Source of the DNA: Gammaproteobacteria bacterium
Lineage (GTDB): Bacteria > Pseudomonadota > Gammaproteobacteria > UBA1113
Direction of reading: 5' to 3'
Length of the DNA: 64,000 nt
NCBI GenBank assembly: GCA_965230425.1
Contig: CBDDKW010000024.1
Location: 141,727-205,726 of the forward strand
Shown one piece after another: positions 39,761-50,460 of the stretch. Position 1 is the stretch's first letter. The number at the start of each line of letters is the position of its first letter. The notes beneath the pieces are model-generated. The model did not search any database. It had not been told where the DNA came from and worked only from the letters and a program-made list of their open reading frames with translations. A program made the translations under genes and the position numbers.

Positions 39761-41875
39761 TCAGCCTATCATGCCATACTGTTCCTTACTACCCAACCAA
39801 CGCTCAACAATACACTCTGCTGCTTGTGGTTGCTGTGCTAATAACTCTTGGGCTACGCGCTGTACTTTAGGTAACAAGCGTTGATCACGCACAATATTAG
39901 CAATGCGCATATGGATGTTACCTGTCTGGCGGGTACCTAGGACTTCACCAGGGCCGCGTAACTCTAAATCACGCTGAGCGATTTTAAAACCATCATTGGT
40001 TTCACGTAAAATACCTAAGCGTGACTTTGCCATTTGTGATAAGGGCAATTGGTATAACAGCACGCAATGACTTTCCACTGAGCCACGGCCAACACGCCCA
40101 CGTAGTTGATGTAACTGTGCCAGACCTAGGCGTTCTGGGTTTTCAATAATCATTAAACTGGCATTGGGTACATCCACCCCTACTTCGATCACAGTGGTTG
40201 CAACCAGTAAATCCGTCTCGCCAGCTTGGAAGCTTGCCATAATGGCTTCTTTTTCTGCTGGTTTTAGGCGTCCATGAATTAAAGCAACTTTTAAGGCAGG
40301 TAATTGCTCTTGTAAGTCTGCTGCTGTGGCTTCTGCGGCTTGGCATTGTAAAACTTCAGATTCTTCAATCAGCGTACACACCCAATAGGCTTGACGTTTT
40401 TGTTCGCAGGCTTGGCGTACTCGCTGGATCACTTCACCGCGCTTTTCATTGGAGATAGCAACAGTCGTCACTGGTGTGCGCCCTGGCGGTAATTCATCAA
40501 TCACTGAGGTATCTAAATCCGCATAAGCAGTCATGGCCAGTGTACGAGGGATCGGCGTAGCCGTCATAATTAACTGATGAGGATGGATGCTGGCTTGCTC
40601 ACCTTTTTCTTTTAAAGCTAAGCGCTGATGCACGCCAAAACGATGTTGCTCATCAATCACGACTAAAACAAGATCAGCAAATTCCACATCCTTTTGGAAC
40701 AAAGCATGTGTGCCTACAACCACTTTCACTTCTCCTGCAGCGATTTGCGCTAAAATGGGCTTGCGTTGTTTAGCGGTCATTTTACCAGATAACCAAGCAA
40801 CTTTAATATCTAGCTCTGCCAGCCAGCGTTCAAAGGTTTTAAAGTGTTGTTCCGCTAATAATTCAGTAGGTGCCATTAACACTGCTTGCTTACCTTGCTC
40901 TATGGCTTGCAACATGCTCATGGCGGCAACAACCGTCTTACCCGATCCTACGTCGCCTTGCACTAAACGTAGCATGGGTGAAGCTTGGGCAAGATCCGTG
41001 GCTATTTCGTCGACCACACGCCCTTGAGCTGCGGTTAACTTAAATGGTAAAGAGGCGAGAAACTTCTCTTGTAAGCTACCTTGGCCCGTTAACGCACATG
41101 CCTGTTGATGTTTTACCCTATCGCGCAAGCGTCGTAAGCTAATTTGATGCGCAACTAATTCTTCAAAGGCTAAGCGCTGTTGCATGGGATGGATGCCTTC
41201 GAGTAGCTGCTCTTGATTAGCATCGGGTGGTGGGCAATGTACATATTCCACCGCTGCTGCCAGCGGTGCCAGATCATATTGTTCCAGCAAGACCTGGGGA
41301 AAATGTTCTTGTAACACCGCGCCATTTTTTAAAAACTGTAATGCCTGATCAGCTAACTGGCGTAATGAGTGCTGTGATAACCCTTCCGTCGTTGGATAAA
41401 TAGGCGTGAGGGTTTCGGCCACAGGCATAATTTTATCAGCATCAACGAAACGGTATTCTGGGTGTATCATTTCAAATCGACTGGCACCACGGCGCACTTC
41501 ACCAAAACAACGAATACGCCGACCTACCTTTAAATTATCGCGTTGCGCTCCGCTAAAATGAAAAAAGCGTAAACCTAAACGCCAACCTTTTTCTTGGATA
41601 GTACAATAAAGACTCATTTTGCGGCCACGCTTGGTTTCCGTACTAAGAATTTCCCCCTCGACCACGACAAATTCACCGAGCTGTACATCAGCCATGGGGG
41701 TGACTCGGGTACGATCTTGATAACGTAGAGGCAAATGAAATAACAAATCTTGTACAGTATGTAGATCACGTTTAGCCAATTGTTCGGTGAGCTTGGCACC
41801 CACGCCACGCAAAACCGAGACGGGCATCTTATCCAGAGATTGTTGTGCTGCTGTCGACAGGGTTGGTTTGGCCAT
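39761..41875 (-). CDS. recG: ATP-dependent DNA helicase RecG
   Basis: 704 aa with a wedge domain plus SF2 helicase motifs (GDVGSGKT, VIDEQHRFGV, QLRGRVGRG). Confidence 0.95.
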   Translation of the reverse strand: MAKPTLSTAAQQSLDKMPVSVLRGVGAKLTEQLAKRDLHTVQDLLFHLPLRYQDRTRVTPMADVQLGEFVVVEGEILSTETKRGRKMSLYCTIQEKGWRLGLRFFHFSGAQRDNLKVGRRIRCFGEVRRGASRFEMIHPEYRFVDADKIMPVAETLTPIYPTTEGLSQHSLRQLADQALQFLKNGAVLQEHFPQVLLEQYDLAPLAAAVEYVHCPPPDANQEQLLEGIHPMQQRLAFEELVAHQISLRRLRDRVKHQQACALTGQGSLQEKFLASLPFKLTAAQGRVVDEIATDLAQASPMLRLVQGDVGSGKTVVAAMSMLQAIEQGKQAVLMAPTELLAEQHFKTFERWLAELDIKVAWLSGKMTAKQRKPILAQIAAGEVKVVVGTHALFQKDVEFADLVLVVIDEQHRFGVHQRLALKEKGEQASIHPHQLIMTATPIPRTLAMTAYADLDTSVIDELPPGRTPVTTVAISNEKRGEVIQRVRQACEQKRQAYWVCTLIEESEVLQCQAAEATAADLQEQLPALKVALIHGRLKPAEKEAIMASFQAGETDLLVATTVIEVGVDVPNASLMIIENPERLGLAQLHQLRGRVGRGSVESHCVLLYQLPLSQMAKSRLGILRETNDGFKIAQRDLELRGPGEVLGTRQTGNIHMRIANIVRDQRLLPKVQRVAQELLAQQPQAAECIVERWLGSKEQYGMIG

Positions 41876-41967
41876 GTTACTGTTATGCTATCCTAAGAAA
41901 GTGTCGGTAGTAGTACTTATTAAGTATGATATCCGATGTACAAAAGGAATTGGCATAGGATACCTCA

Positions 41968-43104
41968 ATGACAAAAAAACTTGCAACTGCTGATGACTCA
42001 TCTTGTCTATTATTTTGGCGTTACCGCACGGACGACCCTGAATCTATCCATAAAAAGATTATTGATCCTGACACTGGCCCTTACGTGTTCTTTCGTCGCG
42101 TCAAAACGCCGATTCAAGCGCGTCATGCACAATTAATGGACCATAGCACTATTCCCACTGTATTTTTACATGGTAGTCCCCATGTAGATAATTATGCCAA
42201 AACCCACACAGGCGCTGGCATTGTTGATTTTGACCGTGCCCATGATGGACCTTATACCTGGGATTTACTGTGTTTAACCATCGCCATGTCGCTACGCAAC
42301 CCGGATGCCATTGCAAACTTTCTGGAACCACAAGCCATCAAGGTATTAAAAGAAGGATATCTGCAGGGTTTATTACAAATGCGCAGTGATTATCACCGTT
42401 TCCAAGCCTTAGAAAACATCGAGCCAAAGAAGTGGGAGATGAATACCCGTGCTTACTTAAAAGCGGGTAAAAAATGGGCAAAACAATTAGATAAGTGCGC
42501 CATCGATTTAGCAGACCCCATGGCGAATGAAGTTTTCCAACAGTATTTATTGTCTCGTCAAGATACGAGCTTACTCAAAACTCATTGTTTAGAGAAAATG
42601 GCACACTGTCATGGCACCTTTGGGCGCCCACGCTTTTTATATGCCTTAATCGCCAAAGATAAAACTGAAGATGATATTCTCATTGATATTAAACATACAC
42701 GTGACTATATGATCCCTGCCTGGTCACATAATCAGTGGTATCGTCATGGCTTTGATCATCAAGCAAAACGTATGATCACCGCTTCACAGTTATATGCACC
42801 TAGCTGCTCCTTACGTGAAGGCTTTGCGAATGTGAACGGCATTGATTATTGGGGACGGCAAATTCCAACCTTGAATCGCAAACCGAACAAACTCTTAGAT
42901 AAAGATGAGATTGAAGACTTTGCTTATGCGGGCAGTACTCAATTAGGTCGTGGCCATAGTTTATCCTTGGCACAAATTGGTTCTGATGACATGGTCAAAC
43001 ATGTCCATGAAAACTTCGACACTCTGATTGAATGTGCACGTCAAATTCAACAGGAAATGTTAGCTAGCTGGCGCAATTATTGTGATCGTTATAAACAGGC
43101 TTAA
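41968..43104 (+). CDS. Hypothetical protein with a phosphotransferase/kinase-like (APH/CAK fold) signature
   Basis: HGSPHVDNYAKTHTGAGIVDFDRAHDGPYTWDL resembles the HGDxHxxN catalytic loop plus the DFD/DFG metal-binding motif of APH/eukaryotic-like kinases. Confidence 0.5.
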   Translation: MTKKLATADDSSCLLFWRYRTDDPESIHKKIIDPDTGPYVFFRRVKTPIQARHAQLMDHSTIPTVFLHGSPHVDNYAKTHTGAGIVDFDRAHDGPYTWDLLCLTIAMSLRNPDAIANFLEPQAIKVLKEGYLQGLLQMRSDYHRFQALENIEPKKWEMNTRAYLKAGKKWAKQLDKCAIDLADPMANEVFQQYLLSRQDTSLLKTHCLEKMAHCHGTFGRPRFLYALIAKDKTEDDILIDIKHTRDYMIPAWSHNQWYRHGFDHQAKRMITASQLYAPSCSLREGFANVNGIDYWGRQIPTLNRKPNKLLDKDEIEDFAYAGSTQLGRGHSLSLAQIGSDDMVKHVHENFDTLIECARQIQQEMLASWRNYCDRYKQA

Positions 43105-43140
43105 CAGAATAATAGACTAAGAATAGAAGGGACATTATCA

Positions 43141-44352
43141 ATGAAATGGTTTAAGCGCAGTAAGGAATTTGCCGCTAATTTTAATATTATCTGTTCTTGG
43201 TATGTGACTAAGTTTTCCCGGGATATTTATTTACCCTCATTACCAGCAATTGCTTCTGCACTACACACCAGTAATGACAATGTACAGTATACTGTCTCTG
43301 CTTACTTTTTTGGTTTGGCACTGTCACGATTCATCTGGACCCCCTTATCTGATATTTATGGGCGTAGAACGATTATTCTCGCTAGTATCCCTATTTTTAT
43401 TATTGGCTCCTTGATGGCGGCTATGTCACATCATATTTTGACCTTCTTCATGGCAAGAATGGTACAAGCACTGGGGATCGGTTGTGTCACATCCATCGGC
43501 AGGGCAATTTTAAGTGACTTATATGATATTAAAGGTACAACCAAGGCATTAACTTACTTAAGTTTATTTGCTGCGTGGGCGCCGGCTCTAGCCACTACCC
43601 TTGGTGGTATTTTTACTCACTTTTTTAGTTGGCGTGTGAGTTTTATTTTCTTAGCTGCTTGTGGTTATTTATTATTCTTACAGAGCTTAAAGATATTGCA
43701 AGAAACCAATGACAATCGCCAACCGGCTAAACAAGTGATTGTGCAAGTTGCCAAGAACTATGTTGCACTCATGAAAAACGTCACCTTTTGGCGTTATTTG
43801 CTCTGCTTTAGTTTATTATTTAGCGGTACTGTGGTTTATTACACAGCCTCACCTTTTTTGTTCGTCGATACCATGCATATTAAACCCGCTATCTACGGTT
43901 TATTTTCTTTTATTACCGTGGCTGGTTTACTCACAGGAAAATTTGTCGCCACTGGCCTTGGTAAATTTATCAAAACTGAAGGCATTATGCTTACTGGGAT
44001 CTTAGTGGGACTCGTCAGTGGAATTATTATGGCAATTCTAGCCGCAACGATGAAAGCATCAGTCATTAATATTATGGGACCCACATGTTTATTTTTTATT
44101 GGTGCTGGAATCATGTCACCTACCAGTAAAGCCGTATCCATGGCTATCTTGCCCCAGCTCGCTGGTACAGGAGCCGCCTTATTTGGTGTCGCTCAAGGGC
44201 TGGCTTCTTCGGGTTCTAGTATTATCATCGGTGCCTTACATGAACGTACCGCATTACCTATGGCCATTACCCTGATTGGTGTCGCAATATTGGCTTTATT
44301 AACCTATTTGTTTGTTAAGCCGAAAGGCGGTGTGGTGTTTGCCCACGAGTAA
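43141..44352 (+). CDS. MFS drug-efflux transporter (Bcr/CflA-like, DHA1)
   Basis: 403 aa with 12 TM segments and the DHA1 motif (LSDIYGRRTIIL). Confidence 0.8.
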   Translation: MKWFKRSKEFAANFNIICSWYVTKFSRDIYLPSLPAIASALHTSNDNVQYTVSAYFFGLALSRFIWTPLSDIYGRRTIILASIPIFIIGSLMAAMSHHILTFFMARMVQALGIGCVTSIGRAILSDLYDIKGTTKALTYLSLFAAWAPALATTLGGIFTHFFSWRVSFIFLAACGYLLFLQSLKILQETNDNRQPAKQVIVQVAKNYVALMKNVTFWRYLLCFSLLFSGTVVYYTASPFLFVDTMHIKPAIYGLFSFITVAGLLTGKFVATGLGKFIKTEGIMLTGILVGLVSGIIMAILAATMKASVINIMGPTCLFFIGAGIMSPTSKAVSMAILPQLAGTGAALFGVAQGLASSGSSIIIGALHERTALPMAITLIGVAILALLTYLFVKPKGGVVFAHE

Positions 44353-44911
44353 GTGGCTGCCAGCAACGCGGCACGATGATCATGAACAGCACAACCTGCA
44401 CCAGGCTTTGAAATAAAAATAAGCCGACCAAGTGAATACCACGGATCTGTAGTAATTCGCCATGGTGTAACAGGTAAACACCCGTAGCGTAGGTGATAAA
44501 TAAACCGATAAAAGCAATGACGCCAATGGCTGTGGTAGAAGCAGCGTATTTATACTCGATAAAATAAGCTGTGAAAAAAATAGCCGGTAATAAACCTAAC
44601 TGATAACCATTATAAGACGCCATAAAAGCTTCAACTCCCCCTTGGTGATGACCAAAAATAGGTAAACCCGCACAGCCCATGGCGAGATAAGCTAACATGG
44701 TTAATACGCCTAGACGCACACCATAGATCATGCCCAACAACAGTCCAACAAAAGCTTGCAGTACCGCCGCTGAAGAAAATAATGCAACAGACAATTGTGT
44801 CGCTACCCCAATGGCTAAAGCGCCAAAGATCACCAAGCCACAGTAATACACACAGCGCAATGGATGTTGACTCCAGAGAATGCTTTGATATTTTTTTTGT
44901 GTTATGTTCAT
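44315..44911 (-). CDS. bioY: Biotin transporter BioY
   Basis: Has the BioY core (QAFVGLLLGMIYGVRLGVLTMLAYLAMGCAGLPIFGHHQGGVEAFMASYNGYQLG). The start was chosen at the internal Met (MNITQKK). Confidence 0.75.
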   Translation of the reverse strand: MNITQKKYQSILWSQHPLRCVYYCGLVIFGALAIGVATQLSVALFSSAAVLQAFVGLLLGMIYGVRLGVLTMLAYLAMGCAGLPIFGHHQGGVEAFMASYNGYQLGLLPAIFFTAYFIEYKYAASTTAIGVIAFIGLFITYATGVYLLHHGELLQIRGIHLVGLFLFQSLVQVVLFMIIVPRCWQPLTRGQTPHRLSA

Positions 44912-44943
44912 AAGATTATCCTTAATATGAAGATCATTATAAT

Positions 44944-45660
44944 ATGCTAACTCGCCTGATAAACACAATGACTAATATCCTCTTACCCGGGCAATGTCAC
45001 CTGTGCCATTGTAAACTAAACCATAACTTACTCTGTTCCGCCTGTGGTAGTAATTTACCGCATATTAGTACATCCTGCTGTGGTATTTGTCATGCACTGC
45101 TAAATACACAAACCAACACCGTATGTGGTCAATGCTTAAGGGAACCACCACCCTTTAGAAAGATACACACACTGTTCAGCTATGATTATCCTATTGATGG
45201 CATGATTATGGGAATAAAATTCGCGCAGCAGTTAAGCACTGCAGATTTACTCGGAAAATTATTGTTAGAGAAAATTAAAGACTGGTATCAACATACAGCA
45301 TTACCCGAATGTTTAATTCCTGTCCCTTTGCATACAAAACGTTTGCGCCAACGTGGTTACAATCAAGCCATAGAAATAGCACGACCGATTGGCAAAGCCT
45401 TAGGTCTGCCTATGGATATAAGCAGTATCAAACGTGTTAAAGCAACGTTGGCTCAAGCAGAGTTACCAGAAAAACAACGAGCCGCTAATATCAAAGGTGC
45501 ATTTGCACTGCAGCGCGCTCTATTGGCAAAACATGTGGTTATTATTGATGATGTCATCACCACCGGCCACACCGTCTCTGAACTAGCAACGACTCTCAAG
45601 CAAGCAGGTGCAGAAACGGTGGATGTTTGGTGCTGTGCTCGAACCTTACTAGCTCGCTAA
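44944..45660 (+). CDS. comF: ComF/GntX family phosphoribosyltransferase-domain protein
   Basis: Has an N-terminal CxxC...CxxC zinc finger and a C-terminal PRTase motif (VVIIDDVITTGHT). Confidence 0.8.
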   Translation: MLTRLINTMTNILLPGQCHLCHCKLNHNLLCSACGSNLPHISTSCCGICHALLNTQTNTVCGQCLREPPPFRKIHTLFSYDYPIDGMIMGIKFAQQLSTADLLGKLLLEKIKDWYQHTALPECLIPVPLHTKRLRQRGYNQAIEIARPIGKALGLPMDISSIKRVKATLAQAELPEKQRAANIKGAFALQRALLAKHVVIIDDVITTGHTVSELATTLKQAGAETVDVWCCARTLLAR

Positions 45661-46122
45661 GCTACGTAACATCCAAGCTGCTTTTTCATGTACGGCAATC
45701 CGACCAATACATAAATCTGCAGACACTTGGTCACCACCCTCTTCAGCAATGGATACAATGGAGCGTGCTGTACGGATCACCGCTTCATGGCCTTCCAGTA
45801 ATTGCTCAACCATGGCTTCAGCATTGGGCACTTCCACAGTTTCTTGGATTGAACTCAATTCTGAAAATTGACGATAGCTACCGGGAGCTGTATGTCCTAG
45901 GGCGCGGATCCGTTCAGCCACCTCATCAACCGCTGCGGCTAATTCAGTATAATGTTCTTCAAACAATACATGCAGTGTTTGGAACATAGGACCTGTGACA
46001 TTCCAATGGAAGTTTTGTGTTTTTAAGTAAAGTGTATAGCTATCAGCCAACAACTTACTCAAATTCTGCGCGATAGTAGCGCGCTGGGTTTCAGAAATAC
46101 CTGTATTAATGTTCATCATCAT
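45649..46122 (-). CDS. dps: Dps family DNA-binding ferritin-like protein
   Basis: LYLKTQNFHWNVTGPMFQTLHVLFEEHYTEL carries the Dps ferroxidase-centre residues. Confidence 0.9.
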   Translation of the reverse strand: MMMNINTGISETQRATIAQNLSKLLADSYTLYLKTQNFHWNVTGPMFQTLHVLFEEHYTELAAAVDEVAERIRALGHTAPGSYRQFSELSSIQETVEVPNAEAMVEQLLEGHEAVIRTARSIVSIAEEGGDQVSADLCIGRIAVHEKAAWMLRSLAS

Positions 46123-46329
46123 CTCCTTTCAACATGATATTCTCACTGACATGATGAGAGTATAACCAAGATATGCAAAACCAGCCATGTCAAAGATCCT
46201 ATCAAGCTCATAGCTTCTACCTATAAAACCCTAAATATGAGACGCTATAGGTATATATCTATGATGATGCAGATTTGCAAAATTAACTATGCTATCTTAA
46301 GACTATATTATGTGATAGGTAGGTCCCTG

Positions 46330-47388
46330 ATGTCTGAGACAACTGATAACCCTGAAGTAAAAACTGGCAAGATGAGCATCAAACAAATTATATTGTGGAT
46401 TATTTTAGCAATCATAATTGCCACTGGCCTTTATGGTTATATTTTATACCGAAACTATTTCCCCTCCACCGATGATGCCTACGTACAAGCCAATGTGGTG
46501 GATATTGCTGCTGAAGTCAGCGGCCCAGTATCAGCAATCTACGTAAAAAATAATCAAACGGTTAAAAAAGATCAGCCTTTATTCGATATTGACCCGCGCC
46601 CTTTTATTGATGCAGTGAATGAGGCAAAAGCGAATCTAAAACTTGCAAAACAACAAATGCAAGCAGATGTAGATAGCGTTGAAGTCGCCACAGCACAAGT
46701 TAATCAAGCTAAAGCCCAATTATTTGTCAATGCACAAAATTACAGGCGCGTCTCTGACTTAGTAAAAACTGGCAATGCCTCCATTGCTGATGGCGACAAT
46801 GCTAAAGGTGCTTATGATAATTCAAAGGCAGCCTTAGTGGCAGCAAAGAAACAATTACTGCAAGCTGAAGCAAACCTTGGTGATGTGGGTGAGCGCAATG
46901 CGCAGATCCAAAAAGCCCGAGCTAATTTAGCGGATGCAAAATTAAACGTCAGCTATACCAAAATAGTCGCCTCAGCAGATGGTTACGTCACAAACTTTGA
47001 AGTACGTAAGGGCACCATGGTCACTGCGCAACAAGCCCTATTCCAGTTAGTTGAAAATAACCAATGGTGGGTCTATGCAAACTTCAAAGAAACCCAAATG
47101 CAACGCATAGAACCCGATCAAACCGCTCGCATTGCGGTAGATATGTATCCCCACTATCAATTTAAAGGTTATGTACAAAGCATTAGTCGGGGTAGTGGTA
47201 GTGCTTTTTCCTTACTACCGCCTGAAAATGCAACGGGAAATTGGGTCAAGGTCACACAACGCTTTCCCATCAAAATAGTGATTACTAACACTAGTAGCAA
47301 ATACCCACTACGCGTAGGATCCAGCAGCACAGTAACAGTTAACACACGCAAAACCTACCAACCTGAACCCGCACAGACGCATGAATAG
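46330..47388 (+). CDS. HlyD-family membrane fusion protein (EmrA-like)
   Basis: Has an N-terminal TM segment, a coiled-coil hairpin and a beta-barrel. It is followed by an EmrB-type pump. The start was chosen at MSETTDN. Confidence 0.85.
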   Translation: MSETTDNPEVKTGKMSIKQIILWIILAIIIATGLYGYILYRNYFPSTDDAYVQANVVDIAAEVSGPVSAIYVKNNQTVKKDQPLFDIDPRPFIDAVNEAKANLKLAKQQMQADVDSVEVATAQVNQAKAQLFVNAQNYRRVSDLVKTGNASIADGDNAKGAYDNSKAALVAAKKQLLQAEANLGDVGERNAQIQKARANLADAKLNVSYTKIVASADGYVTNFEVRKGTMVTAQQALFQLVENNQWWVYANFKETQMQRIEPDQTARIAVDMYPHYQFKGYVQSISRGSGSAFSLLPPENATGNWVKVTQRFPIKIVITNTSSKYPLRVGSSSTVTVNTRKTYQPEPAQTHE

Positions 47389-48898
47389 TCCTTCAGAATA
47401 CGACAAACGCTGGTGGATTACCGTTGCGGTAATGTTAGTAGCTATTGTCGAAGTTCTCGACATGACTATCGTCAATGTGGCATTACCCAATATGATGGGA
47501 GCGCTAGGTGCCAATGCCGATCAAATCACTTGGGTGCTCACCTCATATATTGTCTCTTCGGCTATTTGTATGCCGCTTACTGGTTTTTTAGTGAATCGTG
47601 TGGGTCGTAAACGTTTACTGTTAATCGATATTGTGGGTTTCCTCTTATCTTCCATGTTATGCGGCCTTACTAATGATCTCACTACCATGGTGATTTTCCG
47701 TACCTTGCAAGGCGCTTTTGGTGCCACTCTGGTACCACTGTCGCAGTATATTTTGCGCGATACCTTTAGCCATGATGAGCAAGGCAAAGCCATGGCAATT
47801 TGGGGTATCGGCATTATGGCTGCACCTGTACTTGGCCCCACCTTGGGTGGTTATATCACTGAAAATTTAGATTGGCGCTGGATTTTTTATATTAATGTTC
47901 CGGTGTGTATTATTGCTTTTTTTATGACAATAAAATTTATTAAAGAAACCGTGCGCATTAAACAATCTATCGACTGGGTAGGCTTGTTTTGGATGGCTTT
48001 GGGCATTGGCACATTACAAGTATTTCTAGACCAAGGTAATGAATATAATTGGTTAAGCTCAGATTATATAATCACCTTGATTGCGATATCAGGTTTTAGC
48101 TTAGCACTCTTTGCCTATCGCGGTGCAAGATATTCCCACAACATTATTAACTTACATTTATTCAAAGATCGTAATTTGAGCTTAGCCTGCATTATATTAA
48201 CGCTCTATTGCTTGAATATGTTTGGCTTGATGGCCATACAACCCATGATGTTAGAAAACCTCATGAATTACCCTACTGAAACCACAGGTATTGTCATGGC
48301 ACCGCGTGGCTTCGCCTCAGCAGTAGGCATGGCTATTGTCGTACCCTTGATGAAGCGTATTGATCATCGCTGGTTTATTGGTATAGGCGCACTACTATCC
48401 GCCTACGGATCCTATTTAATGGCTGAAGTGAGCTTATCCACGGGTCCTTATTTTATTGCTTTAAGTGGTGCGGTACAGGGCTTAGGCATGGGTATACTAT
48501 TTGTGCCAATATCCGCGATTGCTCTAAGCACACTATCGCCTAAAGATACGGCGGAAGGCTCTGGATTATTCAGCTTCGGTCGTAGCTTAGGTAGCTCTAT
48601 CGGCATTTCGATTCTCGGTACCCTCGTATCAGAACTCACACAAATTAACTGGAATCGTTTAGGTGGCCATATCAACCCCAGTAATCCAGCTCTCATGCAA
48701 TGGCTAGCTGCACAAAACCTCACGCTCTCCAATCCATTAACACCCCAATTATTAGGCCAAGAATTATCACGCCAAGCCAGTATGGTTGCCTTCGTAGATT
48801 GTTACTGGTTTACCGCCATCGGATTTTTAGTAATTATTCCACTCACATTTTTCTTCAGTAAAACAGATTTCAGTAAACCCGTTAGTATGGGGCATTAA
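47381..48898 (+). CDS. EmrB/QacA (DHA2, 14-TM) MFS multidrug efflux transporter
   Basis: 505 aa. Has DHA2 motifs (LDMTIVNVALP, GRKRLLLIDIVGF). It overlaps the upstream MFP gene. Confidence 0.9.
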   Translation: MNSPSEYDKRWWITVAVMLVAIVEVLDMTIVNVALPNMMGALGANADQITWVLTSYIVSSAICMPLTGFLVNRVGRKRLLLIDIVGFLLSSMLCGLTNDLTTMVIFRTLQGAFGATLVPLSQYILRDTFSHDEQGKAMAIWGIGIMAAPVLGPTLGGYITENLDWRWIFYINVPVCIIAFFMTIKFIKETVRIKQSIDWVGLFWMALGIGTLQVFLDQGNEYNWLSSDYIITLIAISGFSLALFAYRGARYSHNIINLHLFKDRNLSLACIILTLYCLNMFGLMAIQPMMLENLMNYPTETTGIVMAPRGFASAVGMAIVVPLMKRIDHRWFIGIGALLSAYGSYLMAEVSLSTGPYFIALSGAVQGLGMGILFVPISAIALSTLSPKDTAEGSGLFSFGRSLGSSIGISILGTLVSELTQINWNRLGGHINPSNPALMQWLAAQNLTLSNPLTPQLLGQELSRQASMVAFVDCYWFTAIGFLVIIPLTFFFSKTDFSKPVSMGH

Positions 48899-49385
48899 GA
48901 AAATATACCGCATACACTAAGCCTTGCATCACCACCCAAGCGAAAAAACCCGCGATGATATCATCCAACATGATCCCAACACCGCCACTGACTTTACTAT
49001 CAACCCAACGGATAGGCCATGGTTTTAAAATATCAAACAAGCGAAATAAGCCAAACCCTATAAGGATCCAATACCACGTGAGTGGCACTAAAATCATTGT
49101 CAATAAATAACCGACGATTTCATCCCAGACTATGCCAGGATGATCGTGCACCCCCGTATCGCGAGCAGCTATACCGCAAATCCAGACGCCGATAATTGCA
49201 GCGAATAACAAAATAGCTGCATATAGCCAGAGTGGGCCCTGCATGAGTAAATAATAGATAGGGATCGCAACTAAGGTACCACAAGTCCCTGGCATAATAG
49301 GACTCACACCGGCCCCAAACCCAAAGGCTAAAAAATGAATGGGATTTGTCCATATCGTTTTAGGAATAGGATGCTGCTTAGCCAT
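48882..49385 (-). CDS. pgpA: Phosphatidylglycerophosphatase A
   Basis: IHFLAFGFGAGVSPIMPGTCGTLVAIPIYY is the PgpA signature. Confidence 0.85.
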   Translation of the reverse strand: MAKQHPIPKTIWTNPIHFLAFGFGAGVSPIMPGTCGTLVAIPIYYLLMQGPLWLYAAILLFAAIIGVWICGIAARDTGVHDHPGIVWDEIVGYLLTMILVPLTWYWILIGFGLFRLFDILKPWPIRWVDSKVSGGVGIMLDDIIAGFFAWVVMQGLVYAVYFLNAPY

Positions 49386-49399
49386 ATAATAATGTCTCC

Positions 49400-50344
49400 T
49401 TAAAAATGCCGGTAACCTAAACTGGACAAATCGATCCGGTTATTTGCTGCATCGATAATACGTAAACCCGATTGTGCTTCAATCTGACCAATGCAGGTTA
49501 CTGCACAATTATACTGCCGAGCTATTTGCAATAATGATTCATGATACTCGGGCGCTAGTGTAAAACATAATTCGTAATCATCACCTTCTGCAAGTGCACA
49601 CTGTAATATCAAGTTAGCATCACCACAGTGTGCTAGAGTATCGTTTAAGGGTAATTTTTCACTATAGATAGTTGCACCCACACTGCTGGCGGCTAGAATA
49701 TGCGATAAATCTGCGGCTAAACCATCTGAAATATCCACCGCAGCATGTGCTATATCGCGCATAGCTATCCCAATTTCAACACGTGGTGTTGGTCGATTTA
49801 ATTTTTGCAAACACACAGGATCCACGGTGAGTTCATGCTGTAAACAATGCAGTCCATAAGCCGCAGCACCTAATTGCCCAGTAACATAAATTGCATCACC
49901 TACTTGTGCTTGGTCACGACGTAAGACATTACCCTGCTTTGGTAGAAACCCCGTGGCTTGGCAACTGACATTCAAGGGACCTCGGGTTGTATCGCCACCA
50001 ATCAGACTCACTCGGTATTTATCTAATAAATTAAAAAAACCTTGGCGAAATTTTTCTAACCAGGTTTTATCAAATTCAGGTATAGTTAAATTCAGAGTTA
50101 ACCAAGCAGGCTCAGCTCCCATGGCTGCTAAATCACTGAGGTTAACGGCTACTGTTTTATAAGCAATATCTTCAGGCGAAGTATCTGCAGGAAAATGTAC
50201 GCCTGCTACTAATATATCGGTAGTTATGGCTAGTTGTTTATCCGCAGGCACTTGAGTAATCGCACAATCATCACCAATGCCCAAGACTACATCGCCTGTA
50301 ACTGTACGCTGAAAAAATTCTTTAATTAAGTTGAATTCATCCAT
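49400..50344 (-). CDS. thiL: Thiamine-monophosphate kinase
   Basis: Has the AIR-synthase-related fold (DEFNLIKEFF..., GDDCA). It lies in the conserved nusB-thiL-pgpA context. The start is probably at the internal Met. Confidence 0.88.
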   Translation of the reverse strand: MDEFNLIKEFFQRTVTGDVVLGIGDDCAITQVPADKQLAITTDILVAGVHFPADTSPEDIAYKTVAVNLSDLAAMGAEPAWLTLNLTIPEFDKTWLEKFRQGFFNLLDKYRVSLIGGDTTRGPLNVSCQATGFLPKQGNVLRRDQAQVGDAIYVTGQLGAAAYGLHCLQHELTVDPVCLQKLNRPTPRVEIGIAMRDIAHAAVDISDGLAADLSHILAASSVGATIYSEKLPLNDTLAHCGDANLILQCALAEGDDYELCFTLAPEYHESLLQIARQYNCAVTCIGQIEAQSGLRIIDAANNRIDLSSLGYRHF

Positions 50345-50460
50345 AGGATCACTTTTATCGGTTGATGTCACCACGCTATAGAATAACTAACCTGAACTCC
50401 ATCTCGGATCCAAGCAGAACTGGGCAGAACTGACCTCAATGGAATGAGCTTATGCTCACG

